Assembly: GCA_041641305.1 (NCBI GenBank)
Contig: JBEPYN010000001.1
Span: forward strand, 128,001-192,000
Length of the DNA stretch: 64,000 nt
Reading direction: 5' to 3'
Origin: Nitrososphaerota archaeon
GTDB lineage: Archaea; Thermoproteota; Nitrososphaeria_A; Caldarchaeales; Caldarchaeaceae
The notes under the pieces are model-generated. The model had not been told where the DNA came from, did no database searches, and saw only the letters and a program-made list of their open reading frames with translations. Of this stretch, positions 11,259 to 21,126 are shown one piece after another. The stretch's first letter is position 1. Each line of letters starts with the position of its first letter. The translations under genes were made by a program, and so were the position numbers.

Positions 11259-12689
11259 TCACCCCTTGAAAAACCTGTCAATCAAAAACCTCGGTTCAAT
11301 AGGTATGTCTTTACCGCATGACCCGCAGGTTGTAACGAGAATGTCATTCGTTGATTCGGCTTCCTCAAGCTCCTGTTTGGTGGGCAGAATCATCAGTGAC
11401 GAGTTTTGGCAGTAGACACATTTTAGCTTGATCTTTATGCCGCTGTCTGAGGAGAGCTCTGTCTTTTGTTTTAGGAGCTGGAATTTCCTCGGCAACTGAG
11501 GAGACGGCTGAGTCGTTGTCTGGGTTTTTGTTCCCTTGAGCTGGTTGAGCTCATTCCTAAGTCTCTCGTTTTCCTCCTCAAGCTGAGCCTTCTTGGCAAC
11601 AACTTCCTTGAACTCTTTCTCAAGCTTTTCGAAGACCCAGTGTGGAACAAGCTCCGACCTAATCACGGGCATTACCAGCTCCACAACCCGTTTGCGAACG
11701 TTTTCAAGCAACGAAGGCTCGAGAGCCTTAAGCTCAGGCATCTCCCCCGCCTTGATGCTCGAAATATTAGCCAGCTGTCTCGAAAGTATCTCCAAATCCT
11801 CTCTTTTCACAAGCTCCGGATTCTGGAGCAGCAGAAGCAGAGACCTCGCCGACGCAACCTCCTCCTCAAGAGTTTGAAGAGTCTCCCTCACCCTTGCCAG
11901 CTCCTCATCCAACCTGTTAAGCTCTGTCCTTTTTTCCTCAATCAGCTTGAGCAGAGAGGCTGCGTCCGTCTTGAAGCCCAGCAGGTCCTCGTACTCCTTC
12001 GTAAGCCCCCCGATTTTTTGCCGCAGTTCATCCTCCCTTTTCTCGAGAGACGCCACCTCGGCTCGAAGCTTAGCCATTGTTTCGCTGATGTTTTCAAACT
12101 CTGGCTCTATTTCAGATATCTCCCTTAGCTTGGCAGTTTTTCTCTGAATTTCATGCTCGATCTCCTCCAGCCTCCTACTGTTTTCCTCAACCAAGGCCTG
12201 TGTATTTCTCAGTTTATTCTCTGTTTCATCTAGCTTTGCAAATGCTTCGAACACCTGCTTAAAATCGGTGCCTGTCTCGGAGATCTTCGCCGCAACTTTA
12301 GCCAGAGTTTCGAGGTCATCAATGTTTATGCCATATTTCTCGATGGCGCGGATAATGTTGTTTACACGGTTGACTGTCTCGAGGGTGAGCTTCTGCTGCT
12401 CCATGTATACGCGGAGGTCTTCCTCAATTCTACGCCTTTTTTCCAAAAGCTCGTTTATACTGTATTCCAGTTTGACGCTTTCGCGGAATCTCTTCTCATA
12501 CTCCTTGAAGAGAGTCTGGAGAGATTTTCCATATTGTTTTTCCAGCTGTCTAAGCTTAATGACACCCTTTACATATCTTTTCAGCTGTGTCTGTGGTACA
12601 CCTATTTGTTTGAGCGCCTCCTCCATCTGTTGCAGGGTGAGTGGCTCGCCGCCCGACCCGTCAGCTGAAGAGTTGTTTTCCTCGGCCAT
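11259..12689 (-). CDS. Long coiled-coil protein with C-terminal Zn ribbon
   Basis: Heptad E/K/L-rich body; CVYC...CGSC at C-terminus; no Walker A. Confidence 0.75.
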   Translation of the reverse strand: MAEENNSSADGSGGEPLTLQQMEEALKQIGVPQTQLKRYVKGVIKLRQLEKQYGKSLQTLFKEYEKRFRESVKLEYSINELLEKRRRIEEDLRVYMEQQKLTLETVNRVNNIIRAIEKYGINIDDLETLAKVAAKISETGTDFKQVFEAFAKLDETENKLRNTQALVEENSRRLEEIEHEIQRKTAKLREISEIEPEFENISETMAKLRAEVASLEKREDELRQKIGGLTKEYEDLLGFKTDAASLLKLIEEKRTELNRLDEELARVRETLQTLEEEVASARSLLLLLQNPELVKREDLEILSRQLANISSIKAGEMPELKALEPSLLENVRKRVVELVMPVIRSELVPHWVFEKLEKEFKEVVAKKAQLEEENERLRNELNQLKGTKTQTTTQPSPQLPRKFQLLKQKTELSSDSGIKIKLKCVYCQNSSLMILPTKQELEEAESTNDILVTTCGSCGKDIPIEPRFLIDRFFKG

Positions 12690-12829
12690 TTTACCGTTTG
12701 TAACTCAATCAGCAGCGATATAAAAGCTAACTCAACGCATGATGACGAGAGTAGTCGCTGTATTGTCAGGAGGTTCTATGGGTATTGTTTTGGGAGGATG
12801 TTCTTATGTAGGCGTTTCAGAATTTTGTT

Positions 12830-13642
12830 ATGGACATGCTTGCTCTTGGTAACATCCCTTTTGTATCAATAATCAGTCCAGAGTTTATCATCCCGCTCCT
12901 TTTTGGCGTGCTCCTATTGATTGTAATCTTGTCGGCTTCGATTAAGGTTGTTACGGAGTACGAGAGGGCGGTGATTTTTAGGCTGGGTCGGCTGATCGGG
13001 GTGAAGGGGCCTGGACTTGTTATGATTCTACCCGTCATCGACCGGAGAAGAATCATCGACCTTAGGCTGGTTACGTTTGATGTTCCTAAGCAGCGGATAA
13101 TAACCAAGGACAATGTTACCGTTGATGTTGATGCTATTGTTTATTTCAGGGTGACTGACCCCATGATGGCTGTTTTGAAAGTTAAGGACTACTTCACCGC
13201 GTCGGCTCTATTGGCTCAGACTACTCTCAGGGATGTGATCGGGCAGGTTGAACTGGATGATCTTTTGACTAGACGTGAGGAGTTGAACAAGAGGATTCAA
13301 CAGATACTTGATGAGGCGACTGAGCCTTGGGGAATCAAAGTTACAACGGTGGCTCTGAGGGATGTTGTGATTCCCGAGATGATGCAGCGCGCTATCGCGA
13401 AGCAGGCTGAGGCTGAGAGGGAAAGAAGGAGCAGGATAATTGCTGCGGAGGGTGAGCTTATGGCCGCGGAAAAGATGGCTCAGGCAGCCGATTACTATGC
13501 GCAGCACCCGATTGCGCTCAGGCTCAGGGAGCTGCAGACATGGAGCGAAATCGCACGCGAGAAAAACATGATCGTAGTCACAGAATCGGCAACGAAGGAG
13601 CTCGGCACAATACTTGGATTAACCGCTCAGAAAAAAGAATGA
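12830..13642 (+). CDS. SPFH/band-7 stomatin-like protein
   Basis: EYERAVIFRLGR, GPGL, TKDNVTV, AQTTLR, QAEAERERR. Confidence 0.93.
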   Translation: MDMLALGNIPFVSIISPEFIIPLLFGVLLLIVILSASIKVVTEYERAVIFRLGRLIGVKGPGLVMILPVIDRRRIIDLRLVTFDVPKQRIITKDNVTVDVDAIVYFRVTDPMMAVLKVKDYFTASALLAQTTLRDVIGQVELDDLLTRREELNKRIQQILDEATEPWGIKVTTVALRDVVIPEMMQRAIAKQAEAERERRSRIIAAEGELMAAEKMAQAADYYAQHPIALRLRELQTWSEIAREKNMIVVTESATKELGTILGLTAQKKE

Positions 13643-14907
13643 GAATAGCCACGCTCCTACTAATAGGCGCCGTGCTACTTCTATCCGGTCACAGCGAAAC
13701 ACCTCAAGTCCTTCTCCTCACGATAGATGGATACATCTCGACAGGGACTGCGATGTATTTGGAACGTGTGCTGACGTCATCTCGCTACGATGCAGTCATT
13801 TTAACGATTAACACGTTGGGGGGAAGCGCTGACGCCATGCTTAGGATTGTTGAGGCGATTGAAAGGTCTCCTATCCCTGTCATCGGATTTGTTTACCCCG
13901 TTGGTGGGAAGGCGTTGTCAGCGGGGACCTACATCCTTATGTCAACTCATTTCGCAGCCATGGCTCCCGAGACCCTGATAGGCTCCGCTCAGCCTGTGGT
14001 AGGCGGAGAACCTGTTACAGACAGTAAGGTGTTGAACTTTTTCGCCGAGAAGATGGGGACTTTGGCGGAGTCGAGGGGTAGAAACCGAGAGGAAGCCGTT
14101 AAGATTGTCTATGAGAACAAAAACTTCAACCCTGCATCTGCTCTCGAGGCTGGGTTAATCGAGGCAATTGCCACGGATGTCGACGAGCTTCTGGCTCTCG
14201 CTGATGGACAAACCGTGAGAACCATCACAGGTGAAAAAATTCTTAGGCTCAAGAACGCGGCCATCACAAATGAAATGCCGGGAGTAACGGAAGCACTTGT
14301 ATCGGTTCTTTCAGATCCTATTGTCTCAAGTATTCTTCTATCGCTGGGAATATTGCTTTTGTTGGTTGGCCTCTCTACACCGGGATGGGGCGGGGAAATC
14401 GTTGGTGTGCTGATGATTGTTCTCGGCCTCGTGGGACAAGGACTCAACATTAACTGGGCAGGTGTGTTTCTAACAATTCTCGGCGCAGCTCTCCTTCTCT
14501 ACGAGCTTCTCAGCCCAGGGTTTGGTGTCGCAGGATTTGGTGGACTGGTGTCTTTAACTGTCGGAATTATTTTGATAGGCGGTTTTTCGCCGGCGCCGGC
14601 CCTTGTGTCACCTGAGTGGACGGGGACGCTGCTTATCACCGTAATTTCCACCTCGTTGCTCATATCCGCATTTCTAGGGTTCTTGGTTTACAAGGCTCTA
14701 AAAGCGCAAAAGAGGAGGCCGCTTGCACAGGAGCCGAGAGTTGGTAGGGCGGTTGACACAATAGATGCTGGTCATATCGGATACGTTTTCGTCGAGGGAG
14801 AATACTGGCGAGCCAAAGCGGTTAAACCTGTCAAAGAAAGAGATATGATAAAAGTTGTTGGGAAAGAAAACGGTGTATTGTTGGTGGAGCCTCTTGAACC
14901 TACCTAA
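13639..14907 (+). CDS. nfeD: NfeD/STOPP membrane serine protease, long form
   Basis: NTLGG, SAGTYI, IGSAQP, C-terminal VEGEYWRA OB domain; ATGA overlap with SPFH stop. Confidence 0.88.
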   Translation: MRIATLLLIGAVLLLSGHSETPQVLLLTIDGYISTGTAMYLERVLTSSRYDAVILTINTLGGSADAMLRIVEAIERSPIPVIGFVYPVGGKALSAGTYILMSTHFAAMAPETLIGSAQPVVGGEPVTDSKVLNFFAEKMGTLAESRGRNREEAVKIVYENKNFNPASALEAGLIEAIATDVDELLALADGQTVRTITGEKILRLKNAAITNEMPGVTEALVSVLSDPIVSSILLSLGILLLLVGLSTPGWGGEIVGVLMIVLGLVGQGLNINWAGVFLTILGAALLLYELLSPGFGVAGFGGLVSLTVGIILIGGFSPAPALVSPEWTGTLLITVISTSLLISAFLGFLVYKALKAQKRRPLAQEPRVGRAVDTIDAGHIGYVFVEGEYWRAKAVKPVKERDMIKVVGKENGVLLVEPLEPT

Positions 14908-15328
14908 AGCGTCTTCTACCCTGAAAACCCCGTGACCTGAATCCGCCTCCTCGAGGCCGGTCTTCAGTGCCGAATGTCTCCTTCTGGGACAAGTTGTTCT
15001 CAGTGTTTACCTCTGTCACCGGCTCTTCAGATGGCTCTATTTTCCCGAACTTGCCGAGGTTGAGCTGCATTTTTCCACGGAACAGTTTGATGAACCCGTT
15101 CACCACTTTTATCGAGTCACCTTCGTTGACAAGGTCGATGTTGTCGTCCCAGAGAACAAGGGTGATGGCTCCTGTTTCATCCGCTATCAAGGCCTCTGTC
15201 AACCTGTGCTCTGACTGGTCGTATTGCGAAGAAACGACGCGTGGCTCCGGTTTTTCGACGATTTTTGCGACGAGGTTTACGCCCCGCGAGCGCGGGGTCA
15301 GACTTCCTATCTTAACCAATTCGCTCAA
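14900..15328 (-). CDS. ssb: Single-OB-fold crenarchaeal-type ssDNA-binding protein
   Basis: ADETGAITLVLWD, LNLGKFG, Arg/Gly-rich tail. Confidence 0.88.
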   Translation of the reverse strand: MSELVKIGSLTPRSRGVNLVAKIVEKPEPRVVSSQYDQSEHRLTEALIADETGAITLVLWDDNIDLVNEGDSIKVVNGFIKLFRGKMQLNLGKFGKIEPSEEPVTEVNTENNLSQKETFGTEDRPRGGGFRSRGFQGRRRFR

Positions 15329-16953
15329 TTCCTTTTTTCACTCTTTTGGTGGCTAGTGTGGTTCTTTGTCGTATATAAGCCTTGTGTGACGGCTTTCAAA
15401 GCTGTGTAAGCGCGCTCGACACCATAGTCTTCTATGATGAAAGTTGCCAGCTTTGGGCCGCTGTCCTGTCCAATCAAGATTCTGTAAAGTGTTTGAAAGA
15501 GTTGGGGCGGGTTGATCATGTTTCGCCGCGCTATCTCGAATATGGTGGACTGGAGTGTGTCTGGGTTGGATGCGTTTCTCACAGCTTCTGCGACCTCGTC
15601 GACGGCCCGCCGAAGGATCTCGTCTATGGTAACTGGCTCTACCTCAGGTTTTCCGAATGTCTTCTGATAATTGACGGCGTATTCAACTTTCTTCAAAACC
15701 TCTTCATCAACCTTGTATCCGTATCGTTTCAGCCTCGCGACCACGAACTCCTTCTCCTTCCCCTCGGGGGCAATCGATGCCAAAAACACTAGAAGACTGT
15801 AGGAGACTTTTGTCGGCGTTTTCTCCGGTGGTTTGAACATGTATGCGTAGACGTAGAGGCCTGTTCTGCGTGGGTCACCAGTGTTCCGGCGATATTGTTC
15901 GCCCAAGGTGTCAAGCTCATCCATCAACGCAGGTATAAGCTGTGGAGAGACAACTCTTGTCCCCTTTATGCGTTTAAGGAATAGGAGGACAAGGCTCTGG
16001 GGCGAGCCGTATTTGAACCATTCATGGGGTGTGAAGACCGAGACGCCCTTTGACTTGGAGATTTTTCGCCGGGATGCGTCAAGGAATAGCTCGTATTGTA
16101 CATGCTTAGGCGGCTTGTATGCGAGGATGTGTTCGGATACCCAGTCGTTCACCATCACGGAGGCGGCCAGGTCTTTTCCGTATGCTTCGAAGCGCACGTC
16201 GAGGGCAGCCCATCTAGCCGCCCACTCAACCTTCCAAGAAAGCTTGCCATCGGCCTTTGAGATATCCGCCTCCCCCTCATATCCACATCCATCAAACCAC
16301 CTCTTCTTGATGCTCACCCCTTTGCAAACATAGTGCACACGGCCCGTCTTCGGGTCAAAGCCCTCTGCGTGAGTAGTGTAGATTCTTCCACATGAAGCGC
16401 ATAAAGGGAAGTAGGGTAACATTTCTTGAAACTTCTGCTGTCCAGTTAGCTCGGCTATTTTTTCGCCAATTGTTCTGGCGTTCTCCAGTATCTTTGATAT
16501 CTGGTTCTTGAGCAATCCGCTGTTGTAGACGTGGAATCCTCTGTAGAACTTGGATTCGACGCCGGTTTTTGCAAGCGCGTCGAGGAGCATATTCTCCATG
16601 TGCTCAGCATAGGATTCGTGGCAGTTGAAGGGGTCGGGGATGAGCGACACGGGTTTGAGCAGATGTTTCTCATATTCTTTGGGGATTTCGGCGGGAACGC
16701 TCCGCAGCCCATCCATGTCATCGGCGAACTGGATCATCTCAGAGTTGAGGCCGAGGTTTTTTATTGCGAGAGAAACAGCATAGGCTCTGACAGAGTCGGA
16801 GAGGCTTCCTATGTGGATGAAGCCCGAGGCCGCTATGCCTGCCTCGGTCCTTATATTGTCAAGACTTCGTCCGAGCTGCTTTTCCCTCTCGATGATCTCC
16901 CAAGCTAGCTTGTCTATCCATGTGCCGAGGCCTATCCTGTTTCTCTCAACCAT
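15325..16953 (-). CDS. lysS: Class I lysyl-tRNA synthetase
   Basis: SGFIHIGS (HIGH), KLSWKVEW, EAYGKD, KISKSKG (KMSKS). Confidence 0.93.
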   Translation of the reverse strand: MVERNRIGLGTWIDKLAWEIIEREKQLGRSLDNIRTEAGIAASGFIHIGSLSDSVRAYAVSLAIKNLGLNSEMIQFADDMDGLRSVPAEIPKEYEKHLLKPVSLIPDPFNCHESYAEHMENMLLDALAKTGVESKFYRGFHVYNSGLLKNQISKILENARTIGEKIAELTGQQKFQEMLPYFPLCASCGRIYTTHAEGFDPKTGRVHYVCKGVSIKKRWFDGCGYEGEADISKADGKLSWKVEWAARWAALDVRFEAYGKDLAASVMVNDWVSEHILAYKPPKHVQYELFLDASRRKISKSKGVSVFTPHEWFKYGSPQSLVLLFLKRIKGTRVVSPQLIPALMDELDTLGEQYRRNTGDPRRTGLYVYAYMFKPPEKTPTKVSYSLLVFLASIAPEGKEKEFVVARLKRYGYKVDEEVLKKVEYAVNYQKTFGKPEVEPVTIDEILRRAVDEVAEAVRNASNPDTLQSTIFEIARRNMINPPQLFQTLYRILIGQDSGPKLATFIIEDYGVERAYTALKAVTQGLYTTKNHTSHQKSEKRN

Positions 16954-16978
16954 CGAAACATATGCTCCAAGCTATTTG

Positions 16979-17854
16979 TTAAACCTTCACGGCGCGGACG
17001 CAGAGGGCTTCGGGAACATATGTTGGTTTGAACCCTGCTTTACGCATCCTCTCAACCACACCCCTGTAGAATGCAATCCCCTTTTTCACACCCGGCTGAC
17101 CGACATAGTGAACAACCACTCCGCCACGCCTCACAACCCTGTATAGTAGACGGTAAAACTCGGTCGAATACAGCTCCCCTGCTATTCTGAAACTCGGCGG
17201 ATCATGCATAACCACGTCAAACTCCTCGCTACATTTTCGGAGAAAATCCGCCGCGTCTGCCACTTCTGTCTTTATCTTCTCTGTGAAAAGTTTTCTCGAC
17301 CATGGGTTTAGGGCAGCCATCTTCACTATGTTTGGGTCTTTTTCAACCGTTACAACTCGTCGGGCTCCCTTCTCAAACATGGCGATGGCTGTGTATCCTA
17401 GCCCGGTGCAGATGTCAAGCGCCTCTGCACCGCCGAGTTCACGAAAGAGGCCGACTTTTTGCCTTGCATCGTCTATCGGATTTACATCAACCGTCCTATG
17501 CATTCTTATCCCGTTTATTTCAACGGTTGTTGGCTGTCTCCACCCCGGCGCGACCAACCGATACATCTTTCCCTCAAACCATGCAAGCTTCGGCAGCCCC
17601 TCCTCAACGACATAGACATCTTCAGGCCTTGTCGCAGCCCTCTCAAGCATCCGTCGACTAACCACTATACCGTCTATCGAAACACCCTCCTCACAGATCA
17701 CACCTCTTGAAACAGAAACCCCCAAATCAAGCGAGACATCCACCTCCCCGCATTGCCCTAGGCTAAGCAGATACCGTGTCTCGTGTCCAGACAGCAAAGG
17801 AACTTGGACAGGTCCGGAGGATCCTGCATGCATGTTTTTTATAATCCCCCACAC
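16979..17854 (-). CDS. SAM-dependent methyltransferase (archaeal COG2521-like)
   Basis: EINGIRMH, LDICTGLGYTAI, NPWS, HDPP..AGELYS. Confidence 0.82.
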   Translation of the reverse strand: MWGIIKNMHAGSSGPVQVPLLSGHETRYLLSLGQCGEVDVSLDLGVSVSRGVICEEGVSIDGIVVSRRMLERAATRPEDVYVVEEGLPKLAWFEGKMYRLVAPGWRQPTTVEINGIRMHRTVDVNPIDDARQKVGLFRELGGAEALDICTGLGYTAIAMFEKGARRVVTVEKDPNIVKMAALNPWSRKLFTEKIKTEVADAADFLRKCSEEFDVVMHDPPSFRIAGELYSTEFYRLLYRVVRRGGVVVHYVGQPGVKKGIAFYRGVVERMRKAGFKPTYVPEALCVRAVKV

Positions 17855-17862
17855 TTTAAAAC

Positions 17863-18666
17863 ATGATGAAAAAAGCTGTGATGCTTTCGCTCGAGGACCC
17901 GGCCGCAGTCGAGATACTTAGAATTCTCGTGGAGAACTATGGCTTCGCCGAAAGCGGTGACAAAACCTTTCAGAAGAACGGTGTAACCATGGTTTGTCTC
18001 GACAAGTCTATGCTTTATGCCGATGATGAGGTGGCGTCGATTGAGGCTGATCTTGTTGTAGTTCCCTCGAAACATGTATCGGAGACAGGTAGAAGATGTC
18101 TTTTAGTGCATTCGACGGGTAACTGGGGTGATTCAGCTCCTTACGGCGGCAAGCCCAAGCAACTCTCAGCAACATCCGCCGCCGCTGTTTACCATGCACT
18201 GACGGAGCTACGGCAAGCCGTGGAAAACGTAGGACATAGCGATGTTGAGGTTGGCATGGAGGCCACTCACCACGGCCCCTACTCCGAGAAGCCGCTCATC
18301 TTCATAGAAGTCGGTTCAGACGTCAGCGCATGGAGAGACAGAAAGATGGTTGAAGCTGCTGCAGAAGCTGTTTACAGCCTCTGTTTCGGGGGTGTGGCGA
18401 GTTACCCTGAGCCGGCTGTCGGGTTCGGAGGAGGGCACTATCCACGCGACATTCTCAAACCCGTTCTCGCGGGGATATACATGGTTGGACACGTAGCCTC
18501 CAAACATCACTTTCCACTGGATGAAGAGGTGATTAGACAGGCTTTTCAGAGAACCGCTGAAAAGCCTAAAACCGCGTTGATAGACTGGGACGGGCTCCGC
18601 TCAGAACACCGCGCCGCGCTACTAAAAGTCTTAACAGATTACGGCGTAGAGGTTGTAAAGGTTTAG
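17863..18666 (+). CDS. dtdA: D-aminoacyl-tRNA deacylase (DTD2)
   Basis: SKHVS, HSTGN, EATHHGP, FIEVGS, GFGGGHY. Confidence 0.9.
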   Translation: MMKKAVMLSLEDPAAVEILRILVENYGFAESGDKTFQKNGVTMVCLDKSMLYADDEVASIEADLVVVPSKHVSETGRRCLLVHSTGNWGDSAPYGGKPKQLSATSAAAVYHALTELRQAVENVGHSDVEVGMEATHHGPYSEKPLIFIEVGSDVSAWRDRKMVEAAAEAVYSLCFGGVASYPEPAVGFGGGHYPRDILKPVLAGIYMVGHVASKHHFPLDEEVIRQAFQRTAEKPKTALIDWDGLRSEHRAALLKVLTDYGVEVVKV

Positions 18667-18711
18667 AACCTCAGCGCTTATATATGGAGCAATAAACATG
18701 CTAGGTAGGAG

Positions 18712-19083
18712 ATGATGCTGCCCGCGGAGGTAGAGTCGAAAGTTATGATTCCACTACTGAGGGCTATGGTGGCTAAGAGGCTTGTGTATGAGAAGGGCTA
18801 TACCCAGGAAAAGGTTGCTCAAGTTCTTGGCGTCACGCAGGCGGCTGTGAGCAACTATCTCCGCGGTGTCCGAGGGCTTTCCTCGGAGCTTGAAAAACAT
18901 GAGGAGCTTGCAAAATGGGCCGATGAGGTTGTAGAGGCGGTTGTCCGAGACGCGCCGCGGCAGGAAATAGCACGCCGCATAAACGACGCCCTCAAAAACA
19001 TCAGAGTGATGCGAATACTATGCGAATACCATAAAAGAGTTGAACCCGATATAGATGTGGACTCTTGCCATGTCTGCGACTAA
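18712..19083 (+). CDS. XRE-type HTH regulator (COG2522-like)
   Basis: PAEVE..IPLLRA, TQEKVAQVLGVTQAAVSNY, CEYH..CHVC. Confidence 0.85.
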   Translation: MMLPAEVESKVMIPLLRAMVAKRLVYEKGYTQEKVAQVLGVTQAAVSNYLRGVRGLSSELEKHEELAKWADEVVEAVVRDAPRQEIARRINDALKNIRVMRILCEYHKRVEPDIDVDSCHVCD

Positions 19084-20012
19084 ACTCTCGAACTAAGAAG
19101 AAGAACCCTCTCAACAAGCTCGTCGAGGTTTTCTGAGAAAAGATATGTTATCGGCTCATAGCCAATTCCTCCACCATGTATCAGAGCCTCCAACTTTTCC
19201 CCCGTATTCCTAAACGCTCGTGAAACGTCTTCAAGAACAACCTCGTCGGAAATCGGTTCAGCTCTCGCCTCCACTACAGCATATTTCACACCCAGTCTCC
19301 CGAGGGCCCGGCTCATTTCGGGAAAATGTTTTACGTTGATGGCTGCGCGGAGACGTTTGTTGAAGTTTCGCGCCGCCAATAAAATGTTTGCAAGATGCCG
19401 GCTGCCGCCGAACATGGGCCTACCCACCGCCTTCACCTCATCATCAGCCAAAACTATTCTTCCAGCTACTCCCGCCACATCCGATTCAGTAGTTGCGTCG
19501 GAGACGCAGTAGACCAGGTTTGCTCCGACCTGCGGTATAAGTCGTTTGAAGCCCGGGCTTGTCTCAAGCTTCTTTAAGCTGCTTTCAAGTTTTTTGAGCA
19601 CGCGGGTTCTTTCCTCGTCTAGTCCACCCAGTTGCATTGTGCCGATGCAGATGTCGCAGGCCGCCAGCTGTGGATACATTTTTCTATGGTATTCGCAGAA
19701 TCTTCCCTCAGAGAGCAGCCCTCTCCAGAAAGAGTAGAGAATAGCCGTCGCCGCTGCAGCGTTTTTTCCGACTTCGTTGCACAGTGTCTCGACAAGAAGT
19801 GATGCCTCTTTCCTGTTTACACCCATCTGCTCAAGGGATTGGTAGAAAGTTTTCTCGTCTTTGGTGAGAATTTGGCTTACCGCTGACTGTGTCACACCCA
19901 GCACCTTCGCAACCATCGTCTGTCCAAATCCTTCTCTTCTTAATCGATGGGCCACAAGCCCACGTACTGCTGGTAGGAATTTCCTCGTCATCATCTCGCA
20001 GGGCGGAAACAT
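19080..20012 (-). CDS. thiR: ThiR-like regulator (HTH fused to ThiN thiamine-phosphate-binding domain)
   Basis: HTH N-terminus; LIPQVGAN, DVAGVAGRI, FGGSRHLA, GGIGYEP ThiN motifs. Confidence 0.78.
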   Translation of the reverse strand: MFPPCEMMTRKFLPAVRGLVAHRLRREGFGQTMVAKVLGVTQSAVSQILTKDEKTFYQSLEQMGVNRKEASLLVETLCNEVGKNAAAATAILYSFWRGLLSEGRFCEYHRKMYPQLAACDICIGTMQLGGLDEERTRVLKKLESSLKKLETSPGFKRLIPQVGANLVYCVSDATTESDVAGVAGRIVLADDEVKAVGRPMFGGSRHLANILLAARNFNKRLRAAINVKHFPEMSRALGRLGVKYAVVEARAEPISDEVVLEDVSRAFRNTGEKLEALIHGGGIGYEPITYLFSENLDELVERVLLLSSRV

Positions 20013-20064
20013 GTATGAGATGTTTATCCGAGGTTTATAAGCAACCCGTCCAAGCCTTATCCAG

Positions 20065-21096
20065 ATGCATAAACACGAGATGGAGCTTCCTCATTTCGTT
20101 GTCATAGGACACGACCTCGCCCAAACAATCGTAGACCATTTAAAGCTCCACGGCTTCAAAGCCCCGCTCATGATAACCTCCAACACACCATATCGTGTTT
20201 ATGGCTCAAAAATCGAGTCTCTCATGGATCTTAGGATTAAACTCTCGACTCTGGATGTTGAAGAAATTTATGGTGATGTCGAGAAGGTTATTCAAGGCCG
20301 TGGGTTTGACGTCATCTTGGGTGTGGGCGGCGGCAGGGTTATGGATGTCTCGAAAGTGGTGGCTGAGAAAACAGGAAAACCATTCATAAGTATACCGACC
20401 ATCGCTTCACATGACGGCATAGCAAGCCCCATGACATCCTATAGACAAAACGGGAAAGCATACAGCCGCAAATCGGTCATGCCCCTTGAGATATACGCGG
20501 ACATAGACGTGATATCGAGGTCGCCTAGACGCTACCTCATGAGCGGATGCGGTGACCTGGTGGCTAAGCACAGCGCTGTGAGAGACTGGTGGCTCGCACA
20601 TCGTGAAACAGGTGAATATTATGGAAGATATGCCGCCCACCTGGCTTATCTCAGCGGCTCCGTAATAATCAGGTCGGCGAAAGAGATTAGGAACAACTCT
20701 CTCGAGGGGGTGCGGACGGTTGTCGAAGCTCTTATTAGCGCGGGTGTCGCGATGGGTGTGGCTGGGAGCAGCAGGCCATGCAGCGGAGGAGAACACCTCA
20801 TAGCACATGCTCTCGAGACGTTGATGGAGAAGCCGGCGCTCCACGGCGAGAGGTGTGGCGTAGCAACCATATTCACTCTCAAACTACACGGCGCAAACTG
20901 GGAAAAAGTGAAAGAAAGCCTCAAAACAATAGGTGCACCACACACCCTCAAAGACATAAACGTCGACGAGGAGCTGTTCACAGAAGCGGTTAAGCTGGCC
21001 CCAAACCTCAGAAAGGAAAGATACACCATTCTCCACAAGAAACAGCTCGACGAAGCCGAGATTGAGAACATAATTAATGAAACTGGGCTGATTTAG
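20065..21096 (+). CDS. egsA: sn-glycerol-1-phosphate dehydrogenase
   Basis: GVGGGRVMDVSK, PTIASHDGIASP, SRPCSGGEHLIAH, HGE. Confidence 0.92.
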   Translation: MHKHEMELPHFVVIGHDLAQTIVDHLKLHGFKAPLMITSNTPYRVYGSKIESLMDLRIKLSTLDVEEIYGDVEKVIQGRGFDVILGVGGGRVMDVSKVVAEKTGKPFISIPTIASHDGIASPMTSYRQNGKAYSRKSVMPLEIYADIDVISRSPRRYLMSGCGDLVAKHSAVRDWWLAHRETGEYYGRYAAHLAYLSGSVIIRSAKEIRNNSLEGVRTVVEALISAGVAMGVAGSSRPCSGGEHLIAHALETLMEKPALHGERCGVATIFTLKLHGANWEKVKESLKTIGAPHTLKDINVDEELFTEAVKLAPNLRKERYTILHKKQLDEAEIENIINETGLI

Positions 21097-21126
21097 TATA
21101 AATCGCGCCGAAGACCAGTTTATACG

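Noticed and set aside
11259-12689. SMC/Rad50/coalescin call
   Set aside because: No Walker A/B or signature motifs
12739-12829. ATGATGA after a TATA-like element as C/D sRNA or short ORF
   Set aside because: No CTGA-type D/D' boxes at suitable spacing and no recognisable peptide
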